Below, one piece after another: positions 11,543-23,879 of a stretch of 64,000 nt of DNA; within the stretch, counting starts at the first letter, position 1, and every line of letters begins with the position of its first letter. The DNA comes from Microthyrium microscopicum. Its lineage: Eukaryota. The translations under genes were made by a program, and so were the position numbers. The DNA lies in contig MU004235.1 of the NCBI GenBank assembly GCA_010405405.1, forward strand, positions 386,538-450,537, written 5' to 3'. Under the pieces are notes generated by a model that was given only the letters and a program-made list of their open reading frames with translations, did not search any database and was not told where the DNA came from.

Positions 11543-12766
11543 TTACATGTCCATTGCATCTTCGGAGTGAAGACTAGTCTCTGGGGCTCCAGACGCATCT
11601 TCACTGACAGGAAAGTTCAAGTGTTTCCAGTCTTCGATCTATCCAGAGTCAGTAACCAAAAATAAGAGCTTGAACAGTCTTACTTCTTCAATGATGCACC
11701 TTAAGCGATCGCGTATGCTCTCCACAGCATAAGCACCCAGCAACAGCCTTAGCGGTGGATAACTACAATGCGCTAATTGCCATACCAGCTCAGCACTTCT
11801 TACTGTGCTTACTGGCTGGCGATCTACCAACCATCGAACCATTCGTTGAGCATGTCCTGCTGGTGCATTTGCATGGGCATATGGCTCACTTGGTGCTTTA
11901 ACTTTGAATGCACTGTAGTTTTTGATGCCCATCGACGCTGTATCAGGCTCGTCGAGGCGCATGTGGCCAGGCTCGACCAGTGTTGCTTTAATGTTGAACA
12001 CGTCTACTTCATAAAGCATACTTTCGAGCAGGCCCTCAACCGCAAATTTGGCAGCACAGTATGGGCCGAGGCCTGGCACACCAAGAGCACCGGCGGTAGA
12101 TGAGAATATCAGATAGCGGCCGGCTTGTTGGGCGCGGAAATGTGGCAATGAAACGGCCAAGACATTCAGCGTGCCGAAGAAGTTGGTATCGAATTGAGAA
12201 CGAAGCTCTTGTTCGTCCTGGTCTTCGCAAGCACCAATAACGCCTGCAGAGAGTTAGATAATGACAAGGTTGAAATTGCAACTCTTACCAAAGCCGACAC
12301 AACTGTTGAATGGCTGTTAGTCAATGAACAGTCTTGGGGAACATTAGAATCAGATCAAGTACCTTGCTATGACATCAACTCTTCCCCAATGCTCAATAGA
12401 CTTCTTGGTGACTCTGTCTACCGTCTCACGTATCCTGACATCACATAGCATGCCAATGGAGTTGGGACCTTGCCAGCTTTGAAGCTCCTGAAAGTCATCT
12501 TCTTGCGTCCAACCTACTGCGGTGACTTTGTCTCCATGCGAGGTTGCAGCTCGTACTAGAGATCTTCCTAGATGACCGGTGGCTCCAAAGATCTACGAGA
12601 GTCAGTATGTGGGCTCCTATGAGACTGGGAATCATACAAGCCAAACAGCTTCTCTTGCAGGATTGGAGTCACTTGGTGGATGGCATGTTGCAGGCAGCTT
12701 TATGTTGAATGGCTGCGTTGCAGAAGTGTTGGGCGAACCCTCTATTCCTGAGGATGATTCCGGCAT
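11543..12766 (-). CDS. Short-chain dehydrogenase/reductase (multi-exon, including a 14-nt micro-exon)
   Basis: Spliced VWL|IFGATGHLG Rossmann motif, QFDTNFFG, catalytic YCAAK, ATLVEPG, C-terminal IIEE|IEDWKHLNFP. Four canonical introns. Confidence 0.87.
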
Positions 12767-13017
12767 ATCTACCTATGTCCTTACTACACCAGTTAAGATG
12801 AAAAGAGATGTGGTTGGTAAATGCGGAGAAGGTCCGAAACGCCGCCAAAGTTTAGAGGTGACCTCAACACCACCTCAAAGGGTCAAAACCTCAACACCAA
12901 AGCTACATCACCACTTGCAGCAACACAACAATCTGTTCTGCAACTTCCACCGTCTTTACAATGGTTCAAATTAAACCCCACCGATAATAATTCTCAAGGT
13001 CCCTATATACACCAAAA

Positions 13018-14312
13018 ATGAACGCTCTAACCGCTTTCTTCCTTGGCCAACTCTCCCTCGCCATCCTAATCTTCGCCTTCATCAAGTTCTTCATCTTCGG
13101 CGACCCTCCAACATCACCACGACCACGCCGTCATTCTCACACCCTCCTCCGCCCGCCGCGCTCCCTACGAAACAAACGCTCCGCAATCCTGCGCTCCAAT
13201 GCCGCCGCTCTCCACCTCCCCCCAAGCACCATCCTCAGCAAAACTTTCTACAATGTATCTGGCCACCAACCCGAGTCACTCGACTGGTTCAACGTACTCG
13301 TCGCCCAAACGCTCGCCCAACTACGCGCCGACGCCCTCCACGATGACGCGATGCTGAACTCGCTGAGCGCAGTTCTCAACGGCCCAACTAAGCCAGATTT
13401 CCTCGGCGCCATCAACGTCACCGAACTCTCCCTCGGCGATGAATTCCCCATCTTCTCAAACTGCCGAATAATCCCCGTCGACGACGCCGGCGCCCAAGTC
13501 CAGCGCGTCGGAGACGGTACGCGACTTCTCGCGCGTCTAGACGTCGATCTCTCCGACGCGCTCACACTAGGCATCGAAACAAAAATGCTACTCAACTACC
13601 CTCTCGCCCTCGCCGCCGTCCTCCCCGTCGCACTCGCCGTCAGTGTCGTCCGATTCTCTGCCACAGTAAGCCTCACTATATTCCGTACCATACACTCGAT
13701 TCCCCTGCTTATGCAACGTAGCTATCCCTCTCCTTTATCCCCACCGCAAACCCAACGCCCGCCGCCCCAAAAACAACCCTCGCTTTCTCCTTCCTGCCCG
13801 ACTACCGTCTAGACCTCTCCGTCCGCTCCCTCCTCGGCTCCCGCGCCCGTCTCCAAGACGTGCCCAAACTAGCCCAACTAGTCGAATCGCGTATCCACGC
13901 GTGGCTGCACGAGCGCTGCGTGGAGCCGCGGTTCCAACAAATCGTCCTGCCAAGTCTGTGGCCGCGCAAGCAGAACACGCGCGGCGGAGACGATGAAGAT
14001 GAGGAGGGTGCTAGTGAGACTGGTGGAGAGGACACAGAGCGGGAGGATGGCCGACAGGAAGGAAAGCAGACGAGTGCAGGTGCTCAGCGAGAGCGGCCTG
14101 TGACTGGGAGTGAATTGGAGCAGCGGATGGCAGAGGAGGGACGGAAACTGAGACAGGCGGAAGCGCGGATGCGTGGACAGACGAATGTGGCGGGTGAGGT
14201 GGGAAGTGCGCATTCGACGAGTGCGAGCGCGATGGCGACGGCACGGCGACGACCGCAGGCGAAGACTGTGGAGAGTACAGATAATTTGCGGATGCCGGGA
14301 CATTTCGAGTAG
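13018..14312 (+). CDS. MMM1: ERMES subunit Mmm1 (SMP domain); intron 13666-13721
   Basis: [102 protein letters not shown]. Confidence 0.95.
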
Positions 14313-14687
14313 CGCGACTGCATAGTCTGGGGAGAAGACCGACTTGTACATATACCTGTATATTTGAAGACCAGAGAAGAGTATAAACGGAGCCAACAAC
14401 ACATCTCCTGGCATATATAGACGCATCACGAATGATTTACGAAGAAGACTGGTTCTGGTCATTATGGACATGCATTAATTAGATCTAATTACCAATATAA
14501 TAACCCGTCACAAGACGCTATGCAAATGCAATGCAAGAGAAAAGAAAAACAGCCTTGCAATGAAGGTGGCCCAGAACACCATGTCCACGCCAAGTAAAGT
14601 AGACCCTCCATCATGTCAATGGAATGGACTACTACGGGTTATCATTCATTCTTATGCAAATTCGTATCTCATGCTGTGCTCATTAAG

Positions 14688-17600
14688 TTAGTGCGCACGA
14701 TCTTCATCAATGCTTTCCCCGCGTTTTCCTTGTCTGGATGACGTCGAGCGGAAACGACGAGACGGGCTCGACGGGGAGTGTGGTGGTGTGGAAGGGCTAC
14801 TTCGGGTGCTCATGTTCGCTAATGGCGACTTGATCCGGCCAACGGGTGTCTGGGGTCGCGGTAGAAGGTTGGTAGTGTCTAGGGGAGGAGTAGACACATT
14901 TGAGTCGGGTGTTGCTACCGCACTCGTGGAGAATTCTGCCGGTGCATAGTCCGCAGATGGCGGAGGGCCGGCCAGCGCTGATGCTGGAAAGGAGGTGGCC
15001 AATGGAGAAGACGGCTTGGAGTTGGGAAGGCTGTTATGTGGGAATGACCCATGGACTGGTGACGATGGCGCAGAAGTTCGAGAGCCCGTCGGTGGAATGT
15101 CAATGAGTGAGTTGTCTTTCAGAGAGCGAGCCCGTATACTCTCCCGCGAAGAATGACGACTTATTGGAACGGAAGGACTCTTGACATATGCCGTTTCCAA
15201 GCCAGGAGCATATCCACCACGCGAATAACGCTCATACCGAACATCAGTCGAAGACTCGTTTTGATACTGTTGGAAATCGCGAGTGGACCAACTGCCGCGA
15301 TGCACGACTGCGCCGTAAGGTAGACTAGACCCTGACATGCGAGACATGTTCGATCGCATACTATTTGCAATTGACCCAGTCCGTTTGAGTCCCGTGCTAG
15401 GACCTGCTGGCAAGACAGAACCTTCCAGCAAGTCAATATCGGAGGCTTCATTCCGAGGATCATTCAGAATGTCTTTCTGAAACTCCGCGTCTTCATCCTC
15501 AATCTTGGCCATACGTTTGACCGAGTTCACCGAGAAGTAAGGCTCCTTGGGAATCTGAGGTAACTCCATGACAGGCTCGAGTGGAGGCGGAGTCTTTGGT
15601 CTGTCTGTAGCTGCTTGCTGGATATGAGCAAAATACCGTTCTCGATATGGCATCCAGCGACGGGGTCTGATTTGCTCCCGATTTCTTGTAATAGAGAAGT
15701 AACTCGAGATGGCGCTCAATACAATGCATATAAGCAAGGCAATGGTTAATAGACCTTGTATGACAATTATAATGATTCCAATGGCAGTTGCTGGAATCCG
15801 AGCAATGTTGAAATCGATATCAAATGCTGCGGAAAGGGCGACAGTGGTAACTTTGCTGAATCCAAGTAGGTAGACCATGACTATGTTGAGACGTTGTCCT
15901 TCGTATGGCTTGAGCTTAACAATAACCATGAAAGCCACGAATTCGATGATTAGAAGGCAGAAGACTTGTACAAGTGCATGCCCAGAGGCTCCGCCTAAGA
16001 AACAAGCTCGAACAAATTCGTAAACTGCCCATAGTGCAAAGAACCACCATCTCGAACGACGAAATCTTGATGCCAGCCAGCCAAACTTGAGAATGTAATC
16101 TTCGTCATCATGGACTGGCGTTTCGCTTTCTTCGGGATTTCGACTAATTCTCCAGGATGGAAATTGTTGAGAAAAGACCTTGTCCGAGTCTTGGACTTTG
16201 CTTCCGCGATAGAAATGGTACCATGGGATATATTTCAGGCTCTTTGATCGCTCGGCAAAGATGACATCTTTTTCAGATACCCAAGTGCCTTTTCGCATGC
16301 GATAGTAGCAAGCGTAGCCAACAATTCCAAAGATTCCAAGGAGAAAGAGGACAAATATAATGGCTCCGATGGCAATTGCGCCTGGAGCTCCATCATAGGT
16401 GAATTGAAAGATTGTTAGGAAGGTCATCATGAAAAAAGCAATGTAGCAGATTCGAAGCACTGCTGCAGTAACATATCTCATCCAGTGTGCTCGGAAGAAG
16501 TTCAATCGTTCTGTTTTCAGGACCTTGAACCGACTGAGCCCGTCTACCACGAATTTGAAAATGGTTATCGATCCAGCTACGATCAAAATGCAGATCAAAA
16601 GCCATATAAGTCCGGTGAGTAGAGCATTGGCTGCTGGAATATCCTGCTGAGACAATGTCCCAGCGAATCCAGAGAAGTTTCCAGGAAGAGGTAATCCTGT
16701 TCGAGCCTTGCTTCCGTAATATTTGTATCCACTTGTTGAGTTGATCAGCGACCGTTTGACAAGATTTAATCCAGATTTCAATTGAACAGGAGCAAGCTCT
16801 CGCTTCATCAACGTGGCGTTCATGGCTCGCTTATAAATCTTGTGAATGTCATAGCCGCCTCCCACATTCGGTGCATAAGCTCCAGTAGCTGCTGCTCCGA
16901 CAGCTAGAGTATCGCCGCTGTATTTTCCCATGAACTTGCTCAGTGAGTCTTGCATACCTGAGGTATATATCATTCCAGCACTCCAAGCATAATTGGACCA
17001 GAATGCGACCAAGACGCTAGGCCAGTTCATGGAAAGGGCTCCAGTGAAGTAGATGTGGTGGTATACGGCAAATACGACCAACACGGAAAGTGAATGAGCG
17101 TAGTGGGTACGCATTTCGGGGACATTCTGGCCATATACTGATGTTGCAATGGAGGCGACAATGGCAATAAGTGCAAATATCCCGAGAATTGAGCCTACTG
17201 ACTCTGGTTGCCTGAATGTCGCTCCATTGGTAACCACGGCACTGTAGCAAGCTATTTGGCTCTGGGTTGAATTTGCAAATATACGCAGAATTGCCTGTCC
17301 TTCAAAATCGGGTATGCTGTATGCAATATCTGAAAATATTAGTCTCGCTATATACTCTTGTCGAAGAGGTAGTTACTTGGAATTCCAACGACGTCTGCTG
17401 GACCCAGTGGAATTTGCGCGCTAATTTCAATAGGAACCGTTGATTTCACCGGACACAGACTGGAGCACTAGGTCAGTATGTGTTGTCAACAATCAATGTT
17501 TGGTGTAGCAATTACCTGGTTTGGTCGGTACCGCACGGATTCCATGCAATGTCAAACCGGCTTTCTCCATACGCGTAAACCCCGAGATAGACTGCAAAAA

Positions 17601-17934
17601 GTTAGCAACTTTCGGGCATATTGAGGTGTTACGTACGCATAACCGCCTCGGAAGTCAGATTGCTGTCTCCAGAGATATGGAAAGTGATGGTCATGTTATC
17701 AATGTAGAGAGCAGCATCGAACCTGTCGAGGTTGAGAGAGCTCTTCTGGGTGCCCAAACAGTCGCCAAAGTCGCCAGTATAGAGCGCGGGCTTTCGATTA
17801 TTTTCCAGATAGATAAGTTCATTGTCGTTGGTAGTGTATGGAATGAGTCCGGCGGTATCTTCAGTTTTGGCAAAGATGGGTAGTGTTATCAAAGATATGA
17901 GGGCGATTGCCAGGGCAGTCCAGAAACGCGCCAT
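14688..17934 (-). CDS. TRP-like/FLC (flavin carrier, Pkd2-like) membrane protein with N-terminal ML-like domain; three 5' introns
   Basis: Signal peptide, RKPALYTGDFGDCLG, RFDAALY, IAYSIPDFEGQAILRIFANSTQSQIACYSAVVTNG, LVAFWSNYAWSAGMI, KFGWLASRFRRSRWWF; S/P-rich tail. Confidence 0.88.
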
Positions 17935-19173
17935 GGCGGAACGAATGATGGGCGCAGATTGTGTTTAGATCGACATCAGTGGGCCAGTAAATCGAAGAGA
18001 GCGGGCTTCATAGCTCAGGGCCATTTGACAGGGAAATTGAAGCAGGATTGAGTGAATGGTGGGTAGTAGAGTGAAGTTGTTTGGTGGTTGGTGGTTGGTG
18101 AATTGACGGAAGCACCGGGATGTGTCGCTAGGATGGATGGCAGTCACGACCAGACTGAGGGAAGGAACGAGGGAGGAAGGTTTGTATTAATTGGGAAAGC
18201 GCACACGCGAGAGAATATGCAGGTTAGAAATATGCCCACCTGCTTTCGATAAAGTGTGGAGTAATAGAAATCAACGACAGCAACACTTTGCCAGCAAAAA
18301 GTTGGCAAAGTCAAAGTGATCTTAGATCTGATTAGCGTGGGAATTGTTGTCAGTTATCGTCTCGCTACCGTATCGTGGAGCCAAGTTGGCCTTGCCTTGC
18401 AGCATGACTGGGGCGAAAGCGACCCAAACAGCTAAAATAATAATGCCGAGCTTCGCCTAGACAGGAATTGACTTGTAATTTGGCTCTTTGAGCAACACAG
18501 ACGTTGCCCAAATGTCAATAGTTTGCCGTCTCTTTGTGCATGTAAAATGCACTCTAGTCTCTTGCAAACACCGATTTGTTTGGAACTCGTGGCTTGCAGC
18601 TTGCTGCATATCTTAGACAACACTTTCCTGGTATCCACACTCCTACCAGAAGCATTATAACCGTTACAACTCATTGCCTAGAGCCATGAGTTATTTGTGT
18701 CTCGTCGTTTTTACCTCATCCTCAGAAACTGTTGTGTTGACTCTGTACCACAGTCCAAGCAATATCCGAGTCGTAGTTGAACAAGGAATGCTTAGCTATC
18801 AACACTAACCAGCCAGCCAGCCAATTATCCCCACCAATTCTTCATTCGAGTGCAGGAAAGCTTCATGCATGCATCCGAGGCCTGCAACATGCACACTTCG
18901 TTCAATTCGTCATCCAATCCTGTCCCAGCCTCGACATCGTCCAAAGATCGGTTCAACGAAAGAATCCCTGTGGCGGGCTGCCGAAAACCTGGTTACTTCT
19001 TATTGCGGTGAATCTGGTTAAATAAGAGTAACCGGGGCATAATATGTCCCGTTTGATTCTTCTAGATGCGAGATCCGATCGGATCGCTTGACATCCAGCG
19101 ATATGAAGGCAAGGGAGGTTGGAAGAAGAATAGAGATTTTATTGTGGCTTTTCTCTTGTGGGATTGACAACGG

Positions 19174-19320
19174 TGATGGCAAGGGCGACGAAAGGGGCTG
19201 TTTCAGTAATAAACAGGTGCTATTTAACACCAGTTGGTGACGGATCCTCCGTAGCTTCGACAACATCTTTTAGCAATCCAATATCCATCAAAATCCTCTG
19301 CTCCGTTGAACACCTTCACA
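19174..19320 (+). repeat. 5' LTR (147 bp)
   Basis: Base-for-base identical to 19878-20024; contains AATAAA and TATTTAA. Confidence 0.85.
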
Positions 19321-19877
19321 ATTTGGCGCCCAGCGTGAGGCCGGAGCATGATTCCTTTTCCTCAAATTCTTATCAAAACGAGCCATGTTGTTGAATAGAC
19401 GGACGACGACGAGAACTAGACCTTTCGTTTGCTTTACCATTCTCAACGAATTATCAACAACTACGAGGCTACATTACGCTGCCATCAAATAAACTCATAA
19501 CCATGTCGTTGAACCTACGGAGACCATTTCACGAAGCAATTTCAGCCAATTTTTGGCTTTCTGAGAGACGATTGAGCACGACGGATTGGCTACAAATACA
19601 TGGCGGCGAACACACGGATGACAACGATGAGATCATGCTGGCGGCTGTTGCGACCGTTGATTGGAAAGCAGCGATTACGAGAAGACGTTTTTGACGGGGA
19701 AGGACTATTCTTGTTGGCAACGGAAAGATCAACAAGTCTGAGTGAACCTGGCGGCTTCATGTGTTTTTGACAAACGAAGAGAGGCGACGACTGGCTGTCG
19801 TTGAAGCGACGGACAACAAGCGAATTTTATCATGAAAGATCAAGGGCAAGCTTGATCTTAATTGTCTTTGGGATGGT

Positions 19878-20024
19878 TGATGGCAAGGGCGACGAAAGGG
19901 GCTGTTTCAGTAATAAACAGGTGCTATTTAACACCAGTTGGTGACGGATCCTCCGTAGCTTCGACAACATCTTTTAGCAATCCAATATCCATCAAAATCC
20001 TCTGCTCCGTTGAACACCTTCACA
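19878..20024 (+). repeat. 3' LTR (147 bp)
   Basis: Base-for-base identical to 19174-19320. Confidence 0.85.
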
Positions 20025-21002
20025 ACGGCTGTGGCTTCGGGAACAGAGTCAATCCATACATGACATAGGAGGCTTGCTTGGGCTGCTCGTAACCAATCAT
20101 ATAGCTCCAGGCTATCTTCAGCCTCGGCATCAGCCTTGTTCTTCATACCCGCGGCGACCATTGGGCATAGACAGTGAATTTGGATATTTGGACACTCGTG
20201 CTAGTTCTTCAACAGAATACTGGTGATATTATGCTCCTAACTTCGATGAGGTACTTAAGATTTGGGCTTGTGGAATCAAAGACGATTGGTTGGGTGCATT
20301 ACACAGATGTCATGATAGATGTATAAAATCGAGCGATGGCCCAGTGCTAATATTCTCGAGCCAACAATTGCTGCATCTGCCACAAGTCAATTCGTCTACA
20401 CTGTCGTAAACGGTTTCTTTTATAATTATTGACAGCAATCGAATGTGGGGAAGATACTTTGATACTTATTTGCCCTGTTATAGCCTAGGTACAGTCATGA
20501 ACCGTGCTGTTACTGGACCCACTATTCTATAATACGGTTATCTGAAACCATGACAGATAGATGCCTTTGCTTGAATACAAGAAGTAATTGGTTGTGGCTA
20601 TCCAGCCGCAATCACCCAATTCTACCAGTGCTTCGCGAATAAATAGAGATAGAGACCATCATTTTGAGTGATTCTGCGTTTTCTCTTCCCAATCGTAGAG
20701 TACTCGCGGAATCAAATGTGGCCATCCTCTTTTTGCCGTCTTCTTCAACGCCCATATTGAGTGCTCCGCCGTATACTTTGTTACGTCCAAGCACTTATCT
20801 TTGATATCCAATCTTGAAGCAAAAGATGAGAAGGGAATGAATGTTCTTGTTTGCATCAACTCGCGTTGTCTAGAACACCTTGATCTATATGCTAGTCTAT
20901 TACCACCAATGTTATGATTATAACCCTCAAAATGTAATCCAGCTCCATCCCATTCCAAAATCCCGCCGTAAACTTCGCGCCCAAGACCCTCGTTTCGACC
21001 CA

Positions 21003-22856
21003 TCAAGCCACCTGCAATCCTTGCGGCAACATCTGATCAAACTGCTGCTCAAACTGCTCCTCCGGCACAACCTTCTCCCATCCCCACTGAATCATCTCCA
21101 GATTATTCACATTTATATACTCCGTCCTTATCTGCCATCTCCCCATAACGCCCTCCGGTTTCTGCATAAAGTTCACCGCCCGTCCGTGTCTTGTGCTCGC
21201 GAGCGGCGGCACATCCATCCTCCACACGCGATCTTTCTCCAGCGGCACGGTATTCTCGTTTGGATCACCATCCGGTCCTTTAGGAAGATTCTCTTCTTCG
21301 ATCTTCATAATATGCTGGCACAAAATTCTGCTATAGCGCGCTTGGAACATTGCTTCGCGCTCGGGACAGGTGCAGAGGAGGTCAATTGCGCGTCGCCTTA
21401 GCAAAGGCCAGCGGCATTTCAGCGCGACCATGTGGAGGATTGGGATGATGGGCATTTCGAAGGCGAAACTTTTGCTGGCGGCGTCGGGGAAGCGTTGGCG
21501 GTCGCTTATTGTGTTGGCGACTAGATCTAGCATGTGCGCGAAATCAGAGCGGTAGGTGTCCCAGAGAAGTTCGGATGGCATGATGGACACTTCTGTCCAG
21601 ATTCGTAGGGCGTACCAGGCTGCGTGCACGAGACCGACGCCTATTGGGCTACAGCCGCCGGGGAAATTTGCGAGCGAGGAGTTGGTTGAAGCGACGAGGG
21701 CGTCGTATTCGAGGCGCCATTGGTCTAGGTCTACGATGATACGGAGCTGTTCGACAAGACATTCTTGCGGGCGTTCAGGGAGGTAGCGCGTGTGGATGTG
21801 AGTGCGAGAGAAGGTTATGTAGATGCCTGCGATTTCGACGAATTGGGATATACTTTGCTCCATGTTTACGGCTGGTTGGCGCGCGGGCTTGAGATTATCG
21901 GGGATGGTTGAGAGGTGGCTGACACTGAAGACTTCGGTGCCAAAGATGGAGAAGCCCATATTGAGCCAAGTGATGGTCGGTACTATGACATCTTCCAGTA
22001 GCTCCAGTTCGGAGGATGGGAAGAGTTTGGGGTTTTTGCGAATTGCGTCGAGAAGTTGGAGACCGCCGCGGATATTTTTGCGCGCGGCCATTACATCGTG
22101 TCGGACGAAGTCTATGCAGACAAACAAGATGCATGTCATGAGTGCTACGAGAACATTTGTCTCTGGGTCTTCGAGATATGCCATGAGATGTCGGATGGCT
22201 TGGTTATGCGACTCTAGTGCAAATGATCGATCCAGTTCGCGACCAGAGTCGGCCTTTGCTATGATGCACTCATTTTCGAAAATGGAGGACAGCGTGATCA
22301 TTGCAGTCCGAAGTGCAGGGTCATTGATACCAAAGTGAAAGATTGCCTGCTTCCAGAATTTGCCATAGAAATACCCGGAGAATATCGGAGCTGCCTGAAC
22401 ATGAAAGAATTCCAGAGCGCGATTGTTCTTTTGGCCTCCTATGTCAAAAAGGCTCAATTCAAGTGGCGAGCCCACCTGTGCTTCCATTGGTGAATTGTCG
22501 TTGGACTCACCAGCGCTGATTTGGAGACGATTGCGCCGATTTGTTGTTTGATAACCTGGACATTGGATTTCCGATGCCATGCACCTGGACTTTAGTTAGT
22601 GATGAACTCCAGCGGTGGCAAGATACGACTACCTGAGACATGACGGCCTCACTTCATCACACTTTACATGTTTTGCTCTATCATTTGTTAGAAAAACTGC
22701 TTGGTCAAGGAAATGTTCCCATGAACAAGCCAAGACCACCTACTTGCAAGCAGCACAACCGGCTCGTGACTTTGGTTTGCTGGCTCGTTTTCTGATGGGG
22801 CCTCTTTTTTGACGTTCCTCGCTCGGATTTCGAGTGCGAGATGATGTTGTCGACAT
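21003..22856 (-). CDS. Zn(II)2Cys6 transcription factor with fungal-specific C-terminal domain; two introns split the zinc cluster
   Basis: Spliced KSRAGCAACK|AKHVKCDEVRPSCLR|CMASEIQCPGY gives a complete C6 cluster. Also RALEFF, ALMTCILFVCIDF, VALKCRWPLLRRRAIDLL. Confidence 0.9.
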
Positions 22857-23879
22857 GGCTATACGAAGCCAGGTATTAGAGTCGCGGTTGTGTACTTGTC
22901 TAGCCTTTTGTGTCAATGGTTGAGAACACAATATAAGAACAGGCAAGTAGTAGACCTAGCCCATTCGAACTTCTTGTCTATTAGAGATAAAGTGTACGGT
23001 CAAACTCGAAGCATTGATTCTATTCGAAACGATAGTCTAACTAGACCAAAAGAAGTAGCGTTGAACCTCACAAACAAGTGGGTTGGCCCTAAAGAATAAC
23101 GCAAGCAGGTTCACGTTTGGCTATTCCTTGGTAGAACAGTCAGTCCAATTGAACACTGTTGATTGAATCTTGAGCTAGGATTCAGTTCGGTATGTGCCGA
23201 CTGAGCCAAACTACGTCGATTAGTCTGTTCAGTTCCTGATTGTTACAACTCGACTGAAATAACATGACTCAACATGGCCCTGACTCAGTAATAGTTGCCC
23301 TCGTCAAGTCTCTATCTTCGACTTGCACCTTCACCGTGCTGCCCTAGACACAGCAAGCCATTGTTCGATTAACCTAAGCTAGCTTCATCACTAAGTGGCT
23401 ACGAAAGACAGCTGTGTCCAATTGCAAAGTTGATACACACTCTTAAAAGGTCAAATGAACAAGCTTGAATTACCTCAGAGCATTCAAAGGTAGCCCGGAT
23501 TTTGGTTGATAACATACTTTCATCTCGACAAGATTCAGCATTGAATGAACCTTGCTTGTTTACTGCATACAGGGACTCCCTAGAACATTTGATATTCATT
23601 CTCCAGTGGTGCTTTGTAGGAGATATCCCACGACACATGTCAATCGACTCACAGATCTCATCTTGATCGGCAAACAAAGCTGTCATACCCATTGGTATAT
23701 TTGAAAGTATCCATAATCATTATGTTTATGGACCTCGAAAATTCCCACCTAGGTGTATAGTAGAGATATTAGCCTCTAGCTTCTGGATATCTAGTTTTTA
23801 AGAATTAAGCAAATGGACTTTTGTGGGGTAAGAGTTGATTCGTGCTAGGATCTATCTAGGAGTACATTCTAGTCATACA

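Larger units (their letters stand above)
19174..20024 (+). mobile_element. Miniature non-autonomous LTR retroelement (TRIM-like), 851 bp
   Basis: Identical direct repeats 19174-19320 and 19878-20024, starting TG and ending CA. Flanking duplication ACGG at 19170-19173 and 20025-20028. PBS TGGCGCCCAGCGTGAGGC at 19324-19341. No gag/pol ORF. Confidence 0.82.

Noticed and set aside
19018..20161. ORFs 19158+, 19862+, 19018- and 19928- sharing identical peptide blocks
   Set aside because: Explained by the two LTRs. Rebuilding the empty site gives no long ORF, so no disrupted host gene is claimed.
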